A stretch of 64,000 nucleotides of DNA from the NCBI GenBank assembly GCA_002269645.1, contig NIVC01002263.1, positions 62,001 to 126,000 on the forward strand. The letters are read 5' to 3'. Both the position numbers and the translations under genes were made by a program. How positions within the stretch are numbered: position 1 is the first letter of the stretch; each line of letters starts with the position of its first letter. Source of the stretch: Macrostomum lignano (Eukaryota). Below, in pieces: positions 1-12,603 of this stretch. The notes under the pieces are model-generated. The model saw only the letters and a list, made by a program, of their open reading frames with translations. It made no database searches and had not been told where the DNA came from.

Positions 1-470
1 TCTCCCTCACCCTCTGTCCCTCACCCTCTCTCCCTCACCCTCTCTCCCTCACCTTCTATCCCTCACCTTCTCTCCCTCACCTTCTCTCCCTCACCTTCTC
101 TCCCTCACCTTCTCTCCCTCACCTTCTCTCCCTCACCTTCTCTCCCTCACCTTCTCTCCCTCACCTTCTCTCCCTCACCTTCTCTCCCTCACCTTCTCTC
201 CCTCACCTTCTCTCCCTCACCTTCTCTCCCTCACCTTCTCTCCCTCACCTTCTCTCCCTCACCTTCTCTCCCTCACCTTCTCTCCCTCACCTTCTCTCCC
301 TCACCTTCTCTCCCTCACCTTCTCTCCCTCACCTTCTCTCCCTCACCTTCTCTCCCTCACCTTCTCTCCCTCACCTTCTCTCCCTCACCTTCTCTCCCTC
401 ACCTTCTCTCCCTCACCTTCTCTCCCTCACCTTCTCTCCCTCACCTTCTCTCCCTCACCTTCTCTCCCAC
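1..470. repeat. 14-bp tandem repeat (TCTCTCCCTCACCT)n, about 33 copies, cut by the window edge
   Basis: Directly visible periodic sequence; lies in the KDM3-like intron downstream of the 2047 exon end. Confidence 0.95.
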
Positions 471-1279
471 CCTCTCCCTTCATTTCTCTACTAGTATCTG
501 CAGTTTTCGCCCCTCTCCCTCCTGTCTCCTTACCTGCCTCTCCCCAGTCTTTCTCTTTGAATTCCCAGTTTCTCCCTTCTCTCCCCTTCGCCATTGTTTC
601 TTTCCAGCTTTCTCAAACCCCCTTCCCTTGTAAGCAACAACAGCAACAGCCCGCAAAGTTCACGTGGCGTTCCCGGCCTCCCCCGCCCTTCGCCATTATC
701 TTTACCTAGCTCACTATTTAACTACTCAAGAATTTTCTGCTCAGTCTTTCTCAGTTGAACACGAGGCTCCGATTGCAGCCGGTGCGCTCTGTATTATTTT
801 ACTGACTATAGTTAGCCAAGCCAGCTAGGCTTGTCAGACCGGCAACAGGCCGGGCGGAAATGCAGACCCGCGGCACCCGTCCACTTCCCCTCCCCGTCCG
901 CAAGCCCGCCTGTTGTTTGTTGCACTGCTAGTTGCTAGCTAATTCTGGGCTTTTTCCCTGCTTTGCTTTGGGCATAGCCTGACATTCTGAAAATACAGTT
1001 TCTTTCATTTCTTTAAACACCATCCTACAGCAGGCTTGTCTACGGTGCAATATTCAGCTCAATTCATCAGGGTATGTGTCCGTGCAAGAGCAGAATTAGG
1101 GAAATGTGTGACATTTAATCTCTCACAATATGATACCGACTCATATCACTTTGACACTATAATACAACTATACCTCTGACTCCTCTACACTCCTCCACTC
1201 TGACAACTTTTGTCCTCACCCCGAAACCTATGATTACACACCCATACAAGTACAAACAAATCTTGTATGGATTGTACGG

Positions 1280-1965
1280 ACACCCAGACACCTCAAATCT
1301 CACACCCAGACAACTCAAATCTCACACCCAGACACCTCAAATCTCACACCTAGACACCTCAAATCTCACACCTAGACACCTCAAATCTCACACTCAGACA
1401 CCTCAAATCTCACACCCAGACACCTCAAATCTCACACCTAGACACCTCAAATCTCACACCCAGACACCTCAAATCTCACACCCAGACACCTCAAATCTCA
1501 CACCCAGACACCTCAAATCTCACACTCAGACACCTCAAATCTCACACTCAGACACCTCAAATCTCACACCCACCAGACACCTCAAATCTCACACCTAGAC
1601 ACCTCAAATCTCACACTCTGACACCTCAAATCTCACACTCAGACACCTCAAATCTCACACCCACCAGACACCTCAAGTCTCACACTCAGACACCTAAAAT
1701 CTCACACTCAGCCACCTCAAATCTCACACTCAGACACCTCAAATCTCACACCCAGACACCTCAAATCTCGCACCCAGACACGTCAAATTTCACACCCAGA
1801 CACCTCAAATCTCACACTCAGACACCTCAAATCTCACACCCAGACACCTCAAGTCTCACACCCAGACACCTAAAATCTCACACTCAGACACCTCAAATCT
1901 CACACTCAGACACCTCAAATCTCACACCCAGACACCTCAAATCTCGCACCCAGACACCTCAAATC
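1280..1965. repeat. 22-bp minisatellite (ACACCCAGACACCTCAAATCTC)n, about 31 copies
   Basis: Directly visible; explains ORF 1230..1598. Confidence 0.95.
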
Positions 1966-2046
1966 CATCCCTGCCAGCCGCCCCCAATCCAGTCCCAGTC
2001 CCAAAATGCCACCACACAGAGCCCGCAACTCAAAAAACTGTCTCAC

Positions 2047-2272
2047 TTTCTAAATCCAATGAACCGACAGGCTGTCCCGTCAGCGCTGGCCACGACAGCA
2101 GCGGTCGACTTGGCCATGGCGGCGGCGTGCTGCCCGGCTGGCCGGCACTCGCGACACTTCGCCAGCTTGGCGCAGGCGAGCTGAGAGCACGGCGAGTCCT
2201 GAACGAACTGCTCAAGGCTGCGCTCGTAGTGCTCGCGACCGTGCTTGTTGAGAGGCCGGGCTAGTGCGCCCA
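2047..2272 (-). CDS. KDM3: KDM3/JMJD1C-like histone demethylase, 4th visible exon (conserved Cys-rich block)
   Basis: Encodes FVQDSPCSQLACAKLAKCRECR...ACRFIGFRK, matching the KDM3/JMJD1 block recalled as FLQDxSC..LxKCRECR..CRFxxFRRL. Acceptor tttcccatcggcag|TG is phase 1, matching the upstream exon; donor AA|gtgaga is phase 2. Later exons (zinc finger, JmjC) were not found in the window and presumably lie to the left. Confidence 0.82.
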
Positions 2273-2300
2273 CTGCCGATGGGAAAGCAGAGTAGGTGGC

Positions 2301-3582
2301 ACTGCTAGATGCTGAGTGACTGATTGCTAGATGCTGAGTGACTGACTGCTAGATGCTGAGTGACTGACTGCTAGATGCTGATTGACTGACTGCTAGATGC
2401 TGAGTGACTGACTGCTAGATGCTGACTGACTGACTGCTAGATGCTGATTGACTGACTGCTAGATGCTGAGTGACTGACTGCTAGATGCTGACTGACTGAC
2501 TGCTAGATGCTGATTGACTGACTGCTAGATGCTGATTGACTGACTGCTAGATGCTGAGTGACTGACTGCTAGATGCTGACTGACTGACTGCTAGATGCTG
2601 AGTGACTGACTGCTAGATGCTGACTGACTGACTGCTAGATGCTGAGTGACTGACTGCTAGATGCTGACTGACTGACTGCTAGATGCTGAGTGACTGACTG
2701 CTAGATGCTGATTGACTGACTGCTAGATGCTGATTGACTGACTGCTAGATGCTGACTGACTGACTGCTAGATGCTGATTGACTGACTGCTAGATGCTGAG
2801 TGACTGACTGCTAGATGCTGAGTGACTGACTGCTAGATGCTGAGTGACTGACTGCTAGATGCTGATTGACTGACTGCTAGATGCTGAGTGACTGACTGCT
2901 AGATGCTGAGTGACTGACTGCTAGATGCTGATTGACTGACTGCTAGATGCTGATTGACTGACTGCTAGATGCTGAGTGACTGACTGCTAGATGCTGAGTG
3001 ACTGACTGCTAGATGCTGATTGACTGACTGCTAGATGCTGAGTGACTGACTGCTAGATGCTGACTGACTGACTGCTAGATGCTGAGTGACTGACTGCTAG
3101 ATGCTGAGTGACTGACTGCTAGATGCTGAGTGACTGACTGCTAGATGCTGAGTGACTGACTGCTAGATGCTGATTGACTGACTGCTAGATGCTGAGTGAC
3201 TGACTGCTAGATGCTGACTGACTGACTGCTAGATGCTGAGTGACTGACTGCTAGATGCTGAGTGACTGACTGCTAGATGCTGACTGACTGACTGCTAGAT
3301 GCTGAGTGACTGACTGCTAGATGCTGATTGACTGACTGCTAGATGCTGAGTGACTGACTGCTAGATGCTGAGTGACTGACTGCTAGATGCTGACTGACTG
3401 ACTGCTAGATGCTGATTGACTGACTGCTAGATGCTGAGTGACTGACTGCTAGATGCTGAGTGACTGACTGCTAGATGCTGAGTGACTGACTGCTAGATGC
3501 TGAGTGACTGACTGCTAGATGCTGAGTGACTGACTGCTAGATGCTGAGTGACTGACTGCTAGATGCTGAGTGACTGACTGCT
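2301..3582. repeat. 22-bp minisatellite (GCTAGATGCTGA[G/T/C]TGACTGACT)n, about 58 copies
   Basis: Directly visible; one three-state variable position; starts about 28 bp from the 2273 splice acceptor. Confidence 0.95.
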
Positions 3583-4160
3583 GGAAGCCATGAAAGCTGC
3601 CCTTGAGGGGATAATTTTAGAAAACAAGGCATCATCATATTTTGTTAGCTAGTCGAGCAAAATACTCAGGTTGCTGAGCACTCGCCCCCCCCCCCTGTTT
3701 CCCATCGCACACAAGCAAGCATAATTTGGCTAAACACAGACGAGAGCGCAGGACCTATTAAGGCTGTTTGGCCTTATTTTTGTTTGAGTAATTTTTTTTG
3801 CTGAGCAGCTGCCCGCAGGCAAGGGCACTTTGCTAATTAAATAGCAAGGTTTCAACACGCGCAAACGCAGACACGCACACACTGGCCCTAAAAATTGCTG
3901 GTTCAGAGAAAGAGAGAGAGAGCAGGTGTCTCAAAAATGACAGGTGCGGGCCGTTAGCAATCAGACAGAGAATGCAAAGCTAAGTGAAAGCAAGCTAGAA
4001 AATTGCCACGAAAAGCATAGGCATTAAACACAGACCATGATTACAGAGGTCTCGGAATGCTTTAATTACTAGCCTTCCCCTCGCCTGTTGATATTCCGGT
4101 GTACTTTTCTGCTCAGCGCTCTATAATCCTCTGGCCCCGAAACTCAAGCACAGCACAGCG

Positions 4161-5182
4161 CAAGGTCGGCAAATTCCGGCTCTCAGGTGCTTTGAAACTT
4201 CACAATAGCAATCCGGACCGCTCAAGGCTTGTGTCTCTTCTCACCTCTCTTCTAATAATCTCCTCTCCTGTTTTCTCTCCTATCCTCTCTCTCCTTTCAT
4301 CTCTCCTCTCCTCTCTCATCTCTCCTCTCCTCTCTCATCTCTCCTGTCCTCTCACCTCTCTCATCTCTCCTCTCCTCTCTCATCTCTCCTCTCCTCTTTC
4401 ATCTCTCATCTCTCCTCTCCTCTCTCATCTCTCCTGTCCTCTCACCTCTCTCATCTCTCCTCTCCTCTCTCATCTCCTCTCTTTCATCTCTCCTCTCCTC
4501 TCTCATCTCCTCTCCTCTTTCATCTCTCCTCTCCTCTTTCATCTCTCCTCTCCTCTCTCATCTCTCCTCTCCTCTTTCATCTCTCATCTCTCCTCTCCTC
4601 TCTCATCTCTCCTCTCCTCTCTCATCTCTCCTCTCCTCTCTCATCTCTCCTCTCCTCTCTCCTCTCTCATCTCCTCTCCTCTTTCATCTCTCCTCTCCTC
4701 TTTCATCTCTCCTCTCCTCTCTCATCTCCTCTCTCATCTCACTTCTCCTCTCTTATCTCTCTTCTCCTCTCTCCTCTCTCTTCTCCTCTCTCATCTCTCC
4801 TCTCTTTCATCCCTCCTCTCCTCTCACATCTCTTCTTTCTCTTTTATCTCTCCTCTCCTCTCTCATCTCTCCTGTCTCATCTCTCATCTCTCATCTCTCC
4901 TCTCCTCTCTCATCTCTCCTCTCCTCTCTCATCTCTCCTGTGCTCTCTCCTATCCTCTCTCATCTCTCTTCTCCTCTCTCCTCTCTCATCTCTCCTCTCC
5001 TCTCTCCTCTCTCCTCTCTCATCTCTCCTCTCCAATCTCTTCTCTCTGTTCTCCAATCTCCGCTCTTCCGTCGCTTCTCTTTTCTCCTATCTCTATTCTC
5101 TATTTTCTCAGACACTCTCCTCTCTCCCCTCCTCTAGTAGGCATGCGCTAGGTTCTCTATCTGGCCCTCTTGAGGTCCCCTG
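4161..5182 (+). mobile_element. hAT-type non-autonomous element (CAGGGGTCGGCAA TIR family) with about 900 bp expanded CT-rich interior
   Basis: Degenerate termini caaggtcggcaa / gtcccctg; near-perfect 8-bp TSD gcacagcg / gcatagcg; unique interior shared with copies at 35290 and 60628. Confidence 0.75.
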
Positions 5183-5754
5183 GCATAGCGGCAAGCATTC
5201 TGAGCAAAAATACCTTCTTATTTATCGTAGTAGCCCCTGAAAACGTTTGCACTTGCGCCCCCCCCCCAGTTGCCCCCCATTTTCTGCTGCATAAGCCCGC
5301 CAAAAGGCACACGCGCGCTAAAACATATACTATAATAATTTCAAACTCCAACGAGTCCTTAAAATAGTGAGCAGTCCTATAACTGCAGACACGCAGAATG
5401 TTAAACCAGAATTAGTTTTGAATGGCTTGGCAAGAACAATAAACCTAGAGGACAAAAGCACGAGAGCTCAGAGCAGCTGACGAATCCTTCAGTTTAGAAG
5501 GCCTTCTCACATTTAATTTCCATTCTTTTCATTTCGTACACTATTTATGGAGCGCAAAGGTTAGTTAAGCACACTGAATATGGTGTCTAGTTTAGAAAAC
5601 TAATAGGACAAGCAAGAGCGAGGCTTGCATGCTACTCAACTCGGGCCCGCTGGCGCAGTGGAGTAGCGAGTGACACCAAGACGGCTGGCCCTTGTAGTTT
5701 TGAATCTTAGTTTGTACAATTCTCAACAAAATGGTGATGGGAACACTAAATTGA

Positions 5755-5910
5755 AACTAAACTCTTGCCTTCTGGCGCTAAATTGAAGCTAAACTCTTGT
5801 CTTCTGGCGCTAAATTGGCGCTAAACTCTTGCCTTCTGGCGCTAAATTGGCGCTAAACTCTTGCCTTCTGGCGCTAAATTGGCGCTAAACTCTTGCCTTC
5901 TGGCGCTAGA
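5755..5910. repeat. 32-bp tandem repeat (CTAAACTCTTGCCTTCTGGCGCTAAATTGGCG)n, about 5 copies
   Basis: Directly visible. Confidence 0.9.
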
Positions 5911-6620
5911 AACTAGAACTGCCTTGTCCCTCTGGCAATTTTTTTTCTTAGTTATGTTATAATAAGGACACTAACTATGGATGCTGCGACTCTGGCTTGT
6001 GACCCCTCTGCCACCACGGATGAATAATAGCCTGGCTAAGCCACTGTCCTAATCAATTACGTTGTGAATGGATTTGTATTGTAGATACGTCAACAGAAGC
6101 AATGTGTGCACTTGAGTGCTGGCATAACATGTAGCATAGCATAACATTAACAACACACACGAGCTAGATGAGGTCACAGAAACCTCACAAAGGGGAAATG
6201 TGTAGCGCGACAGACACGAGACCGTACATAAAAGTACAAAGGAGATTAACATCAGTCGGACTGTAGTAGAGAGAAGGGAAAGGGCGAGGCGAGGCGGAAA
6301 GGATGTAGATGGGAGGCTGAGAAACCGAAAATAGATGCACGAGAGAGGCTGAGCATGATCCAACAGCCGCATGAATTATTGATCCATATAGCTCTGATAC
6401 TTAACCCTGTTCCCTGTCCCAGTGTGTCTGCAAGCAAAATTCTGCGGCTTGTGTGGGTCAGCGGGTGCACTTTTGCACGGCTTACATGCGCGCACTCATG
6501 CATATTGAATTTACTTCGCCTGCCGAACAACCACTCCCATTCTTGCTGATGTAAATCCCGTGCTGCTTCCGTGATCATCTTCAACATACGCATTTGCTGC
6601 TATCGGTTCCCGTCTATCTA

Positions 6621-8060
6621 CTATACATCCGATTCCCATCTATCTACATCCGATTCCCGTCTATCTACATCTGATTCCCATCTATCTACATCTGATTCCT
6701 ATCTATCTACCGGTACATCAGATTCCCATGTATCTAAATCTGATTCTCATGTATCTACATCTGATTCCTATCTATCTACATCCGATTCCCATGTATCTAC
6801 ATCCGATTCCCATCTATCTACATCCGATTCCCGTCTATCTACATCTGATTCCCATCTATCTACATCTGATTCCCATCTATCTACATCCGATTCCCGTCTA
6901 TCTGCATCTGATTCCCATCTATCTACATCAGATTCCCATCTATCTACATCAGATTCCCATCTATCTACATCAGATTCCCATCCCATGTAGCTAAATCTGA
7001 TTCTCATGTATCTAAATCTGATTCCTATCTATCTACATCTGATTCCCATCTATCTACATCCGATTCCCAGTCTATCTACATCTGATTCCCATCTATCTAC
7101 ATCAGATTCCCATCTATCTACATCAGATTCCCATCCCATGTAGCTAAATCTGATTCTCATGTATCTAAATCTGATTCCTATCTATCTACATCTGATTCCC
7201 ATCTATCTACATCAGATTCCCATCTATCTACATCAGATTCCCATCCCATGTAGCTAAATCTGATTCCTATCTATCTACATCTGATTCCCATCTATCTACA
7301 TCCGATTCCCAGTCTATCTACATCTGATTCCCATCTATCTACATCCGATTCCCATCTATCTACATCCGATTCCCGTCTATCTACATCAGATTCCCATGTA
7401 TCTAAATCTGATTCCTATCTATCTACATCTGATTCCCATCTATCTACATCCGATTCCCAGTCTATCTACATCCGATTCCCATCTATCTACATCCGATTCC
7501 CGTCTATCTACATCAGATTCCCATGTATCTAAATCTGATTCTCATGTATCTACATCTGATTTCTATCTATCTACATCTGATTCCCATCTATCTACATCCG
7601 ATTCCCAGTCTATCTACATCTGATTCCCATCTATCTACATCAGATTCCCATCCCATGTATCTACATCAGATTCCCATCCCATGTATCTAAATCTGATTCT
7701 CATGTATCTACATCTGATTCCTATCTATCTACATCTGATTCCCATCTATCTACATCTGATTCCCATCTATCTACATCTGATTCCCATCCCATGTATCTAA
7801 ATCTGATTCTCATGTATCTACATCCGATTCCCATGTATCTACATCTGATTCCCATCTATCTACATCTGATTCCCATCTATCTACATCAGATTCCCATCCC
7901 ATGTATTTAAATCTGATTCTCATGTATCTACATCTGATTCCTATCTATCTACATCTGATTCCCATGTATCTAAATCTGATTCTCATGTATCTACATCTGA
8001 TTCCCATGTATCTAAATCTGATTCTCATGTATCTACATCCGATTCCCATGTATCTACATC
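6621..8060. repeat. 21-bp minisatellite (CTATCTACATCCGATTCCCAT)n with length variants, about 65 copies
   Basis: Directly visible; explains the STSDSHL-repeat ORFs at 6571-8143. Confidence 0.95.
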
Positions 8061-8857
8061 CAATTCCCTTCTATCTACAATCTACACAACATTCCCATCT
8101 ATTGATATCTACCTACCTCACCTTAATAACTACGAGCGTATGAACTACCTGACCTTAATATCTACCAGTATCTAACTCGCATTCTAAACCTCAGCCTCAC
8201 ATTAAACTATCTGCTTTAAATGCCTCTCCACCTTACATGCTATACTACACCAGTGTTCTCTCCCCCAATTTGAGCAACCAACACACGCAGGCAAGCAAGC
8301 ATTACTCTGAGACCACATCCCACAGCCGCAGACTCCTACTCCCCGCTGTATTATTTCAGTTAACATTGACTCTCAGTGGTACCAGCTAACACTAACAAAC
8401 ACACGCAGCCGGGTTCCGCATGCCCCCCCCGTCACAGAGCCCGAAGCTATATGCGATTTAGCGATTTAGGTGGTACGCATATTTGCAGTCGAGTCATGTC
8501 GCAAGCTGCCGCCCGTGCGCTATAAATAAACTAAGAGAGAGGTAGAGAGAGAGAGGCAGTGCGCAGCAGTGCGCAGCTTAGCAATCTTATACTGGCTAAT
8601 ATTGAAAAATGCATTAATGCATATTTTAACAAGGACAATAGAGGCGCGTATGTGGAGTAGCAACCGTTCCTTAGTCCTTGTGGAAAGCTTTTTATGCCTC
8701 CTAGTCCTAATATTGATTGATTTCAATATAGCACAGGGTAGGTATTAGGCTGCTTGGGGAGAGCAGCAGGGGGAGAGAACAATGACAAGCATTGTCAGAA
8801 ACAAGAGCGCTGAGTATTAAGTAGCCTGTAAAAGTGCACCAATGTGACACAACTCAC

Positions 8858-9125
8858 AATCAAATCTAGACGACTCCGACTGATCCTGGGGTTCCAATTT
8901 AGTCTCTGCTGCGCTGGCCGAGGGGGCCACCTCCTGCCGTTCCATCTTGATGCGCTTCTTGGCGGGCCCTTGAAACTCTTTGGTCTCCTTGGAAGCAGAA
9001 GACACTGATTGCTCCTGCTCAGCCGAGTCAGCGCTACGGCGTTTGAACGAGCGCTTGGGACTGTACACCTCGGAGGCTGGGGTCTGGTGAAGTGAAGAGT
9101 CGGGTGCAGAGCCGAGTTCAAGGGG
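8858..9125 (-). CDS. KDM3: KDM3/JMJD1C-like gene, 3rd visible exon
   Basis: Acceptor ccttaacag|CCC (phase 0) and donor GAT T|gtgagt (phase 1) fit both neighbouring exons; encodes a basic NLS-like stretch (SPKRSFKRR, PAKKRIK). Confidence 0.75.
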
Positions 9126-9159
9126 CTGTTAAGGCATTATTCTGTAGGCTGCTTGGGCT

Positions 9160-9935
9160 ATTATTCCGGACCATCTTGATGGGGTATTATTCCGGACAAT
9201 GTTGATGGGGTATTATTCGGGACAATGTTGATGGGGTATTATTCGGGACAATGTTGATGGGGTATTATTCGGGACAATGTTGATGGGGTATTATTCGGGA
9301 CAATGTTGATGGGGTATTATTCGGGACAATGTTGATGGGGTATTATTCGGGACAATGTTGATGGGGTATTATTCGGGACAATGTTGATGGGGTATTATTC
9401 GGGACAATCTTGATGGGGTATTATTCGGGACAATGTTGATGGGGTATTATTCGGGACAATGTTGATGGGGTATTATTCGGGACAATGTTGATGGGGTATT
9501 ATTCGGGACAATGTTGATGGGGTATTATTCGGGACAATCTTGATGGGGTATTATTCGGGACAATGTTGATGGGGTATTATTCGGGACAATGTTGATGGGG
9601 TATTATTCGGGACAATGTTGATGGGGTATTATTCGGAGCAATGCTGATGGGGTATTATTCGGATAAATATTAATGGGGTATTATTCGGGACAATGTTGAT
9701 GGGGTATTTTTCGGAGCAATGCTGATGGGCTATTATTTGGAGAAATGTTGATGGCAGATGGGGTATTATTCGGGACAATGTTGATGGGGTATTATTCGGG
9801 ACAATGTTGATGGGGTATTATTCGGAGCAATGCTGATGGGGTATTATTCGGAGCAATGTTGATGGGGTATTATTCGGAGCAATGTTGATGGGGTATTATT
9901 CGGAGCAATGTTGATGGGGTATTATTCGGGACAAT
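9160..9935. repeat. 26-bp minisatellite (TATTATTCGGGACAATGTTGATGGGG)n, about 30 copies
   Basis: Directly visible; starts about 35 bp from the 9126 acceptor. Confidence 0.95.
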
Positions 9936-10605
9936 ATAGGGATTTATATTGATAAGTCAGATGGCTGGGTTACAATAGAACCGAGTGCAATAGTCCCAGG
10001 AAATTATAAAGACAAACTTCACTCAAATTGAGCGCATGGAAGTGTGATGAGCACCTAAGCGAAATAATAATCACTAAGGAAACTGACTAAACTTGTGCAC
10101 CAGAAGCTCTGCACCTGGGACGCATATACAAAGGATCTTCCCTTACCCTGAACAGTTTCAGGCATTGACTCAATAGTTGTTTCTGAGCATAGCAGAGCAA
10201 CTATGCGTGCTATTTGTGCTTAAAATAACTGCCTCAAGAACTGATTGTGCGCGTTTATTTTCAATTTTTTTTCTCACAAAATGCCGCTTGGCGCCTTGGG
10301 GAATGGAAGCAAAAATATTTAATACTTTATCTGTTTTTCTTTACTCTCCTGCTCAATTATCGCATCTGGCTTGGCTCTCTGTTTATAGCCTGTGATTAAA
10401 GGAAATTGCTCGAAAATACGGGAGATAAACCAATTACATACAGCCAGGGAAGCAGCTGGTGCACTGACAAAAGAATGTGCGGCTGGAATAATCATCTGTT
10501 CAATTAGTCTCGTGCAGCTGTGCTGTAAAACTGCAACAATATTGCTTTTTAAAAACCACGGTTTCTGAGGCTCCTTGTGGGACTAAAAGTAGCTGGTAAA
10601 CATTA

Positions 10606-11376
10606 GGGGTAGCTGTGGGGACAGGAGGGGTAGCTGTGGGGACAGGAGGGGTAGCTGTGGGGACAGGAGGGGTAGCTGTGGGGACAGGAGGGGTAGCTGT
10701 GGGGACAGGAGGGGTAGCTGTGGGGACAGGAGGGGTAGCTGTGGGGACAGGAGGGGTAGCTGTGGGGACAGGAGGGGTAGCTGTGGGGACAGGAGGGGTA
10801 GCTGTGGGGACAGGAGGGGTAGCTGTGGGGACAGGAGGGGTAGCTGTGGGGACAGGAGGGGTAGCTGTGGGGACAGGAGGGGTAGCTGTGGGGACAGGAG
10901 GGGTAGCTGTGGGGACAGGAGGGGTAGCTGTGGGGACAGGAGGGGTAGCTGTGGGGACAGGAGGGGTAGCTGTGGGGACAGGAGGGGTAGCTGTGGGGAC
11001 AGGAGGGGTAGCTGTGGGGACAGGAGGGGTAGCTGTGGGGACAGGAGGGGTAGCTGTGAGGACAAGAGGGGTAGCTGGTGGACAGGAGGGGTAGCTGTGA
11101 GGACAGGAGGGGTAGCTGGGTGGACAGGAGGGGTAGCTGTGAGGACAAGAGGGGTAGCTGGTGGACAGGAGGGGTAGCTGGGTGGACAGGAGGGGTAGCT
11201 GTGAGGACAAGAGGGGTAGCTGGGTGGACAGGAGGGGTAGCTGTGAGGACAAGAGGGGTAGCTGGGTGGACAGGAGGGGTAGCTGTGAGGACAAGAGGGG
11301 TAGCTGGTGGACAGGAGGGGTAGCTGGGTGGACAGGAGGGGTAGCTGTGAGGACAAGAGGGGTAGCTGGTGGACAG
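10606..11376. repeat. 21-bp G-rich minisatellite (GGGGTAGCTGTGGGGACAGGA)n with 20-22 bp variants, about 36 copies
   Basis: Directly visible; ends about 20 bp from the 11397 donor; explains the PVPTATP-type ORFs. Confidence 0.95.
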
Positions 11377-11397
11377 TGCAGTAGGCAGTAAACTCAC

Positions 11398-11407
11398 CCC
11401 TTTCATC

Positions 11408-11448
<41 letters not shown>

Positions 11449-12461
11449 ACGCTGCTCCTCCTGCTGCATCCGTCTGAGCCAAGCCTTCTTCAGTCCCACA
11501 GCCGGAGTAGCAGCAACGGAACCCGCAGTGGCGGGAGCGGACGGCGGCGGACTGCCAGACGGTCCGGGCGTCCCAACGCTGGCGATTGACCCAGTCGGAG
11601 AAGATGTCGAATTGCTAGGTGTAGAATTCTGCTGAGTTTTTTGCTGGAGCTGTGGCTGGGGCTGGGGCTGGGGCGGCTGCTGCTGCTGCTGCTGTTGTTG
11701 TTGTTGTTGTTGTTGTTGCTGCTGTTGCTGTTGCTGTTGCTCCTGCTTTTGCTTCTGCTGCTGCTGCAACTGCTGTTGCTGCAGCTGCTGCTGTTTCTGA
11801 GGCTGATGCTGCTGTTGTTGTGGAGGCGGTTGCGGTAGCGGCGGTGGCGGCGGCGGCGGTGGCGGCTGTTGAATGACAGGCGGTTGCCGAGGCAGCGGCG
11901 GAGTGGCTCCAGCAGCGGGCAAAGAGTTCGGCGTGGCTGGATTAATCGGCCGAGCTTCCTGCGTGAAGGAGGCCGCTCTGCTGCGCGACCGTTGCTGATG
12001 GTGATAGGATAGAGGCGGGAGCGGCGGCGGCGGCAGTGGCGGAGGCAGCGGCTGGGGCTGCTGATGCTGACTACTGCGAGGCATGGGAGCGTGTGGGGCG
12101 TGCGGCTGCGGGATCAGGTGACGGCGCAATGGAGCGGCTGCGGCGGCTGCAGCGGCGGCAGCAGAATTGATCCCGCCAATCGATGACATCTGCTGCTGTT
12201 GTTGCTGGGGCTGGGGCTGCTGCTGCTGCTGTTGCTGGCGTTGAAGCTGTTGATGAGCCTGATAGTGCAGCAGGCTGTGCTGGTGCTGCCTGTTCATCTT
12301 GTCGATGCTGAGCTGGAAATGCTGCTCAACTAAGTCGCTGGTTTGATCAGCCACCGCCGCCGCCGCTGCCGCTGCTGACGTTGCTGGCGTCAATGGCGGC
12401 GGGGGAGGCGGCGGGGAGGCGGCTGCTGCTGTGTCGGTACAGGCAGTGGCACTTGGCTAGA

Positions 12462-12492
<31 letters not shown>

Positions 12493-12603
12493 GCAGCGGC
12501 GGCGACTGCTGCGGAGGGTCCACTGTTGCCGCTGCCGCGTGGCGGCGTCTTGCGGCTGCTGCTGCTGCTGCTGCGAGGCTTCGCATCATCGTGCCTGTAC
12601 ATC
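11398..12603 (-). CDS. KDM3: KDM3/JMJD1C-like gene, 2nd visible exon (polyQ/P/A plus LKKAWL motif); needs +1 nt at 12413-12416
   Basis: Acceptor ttcaccag|G ATG completes the phase-2 codon from the upstream exon; donor GGG|gtgagt is phase 0; contains GLKKAWLRR, matching the JMJD1C-type KLKKAWL motif. Frame shifts within a C4 run. Confidence 0.75.

Noticed and set aside
470-1280. Possible next KDM3-like exon (expected to continue after CRFIGFRK)
   Set aside because: No convincing minus-strand reading frame with a suitable acceptor and family similarity was found; the exon probably lies outside the window.
2301-3582. Three-state G/T/C variation per unit that looks like a digital code
   Set aside because: This is ordinary minisatellite variant-repeat polymorphism; no consistent periodicity or function is evident.
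12390-12420. Programmed ribosomal frameshifting as the explanation for the KDM3-like frame break
   Set aside because: There is no canonical X XXY YYZ slippery site; a homopolymer indel is simpler and the same lesion recurs at 36146.
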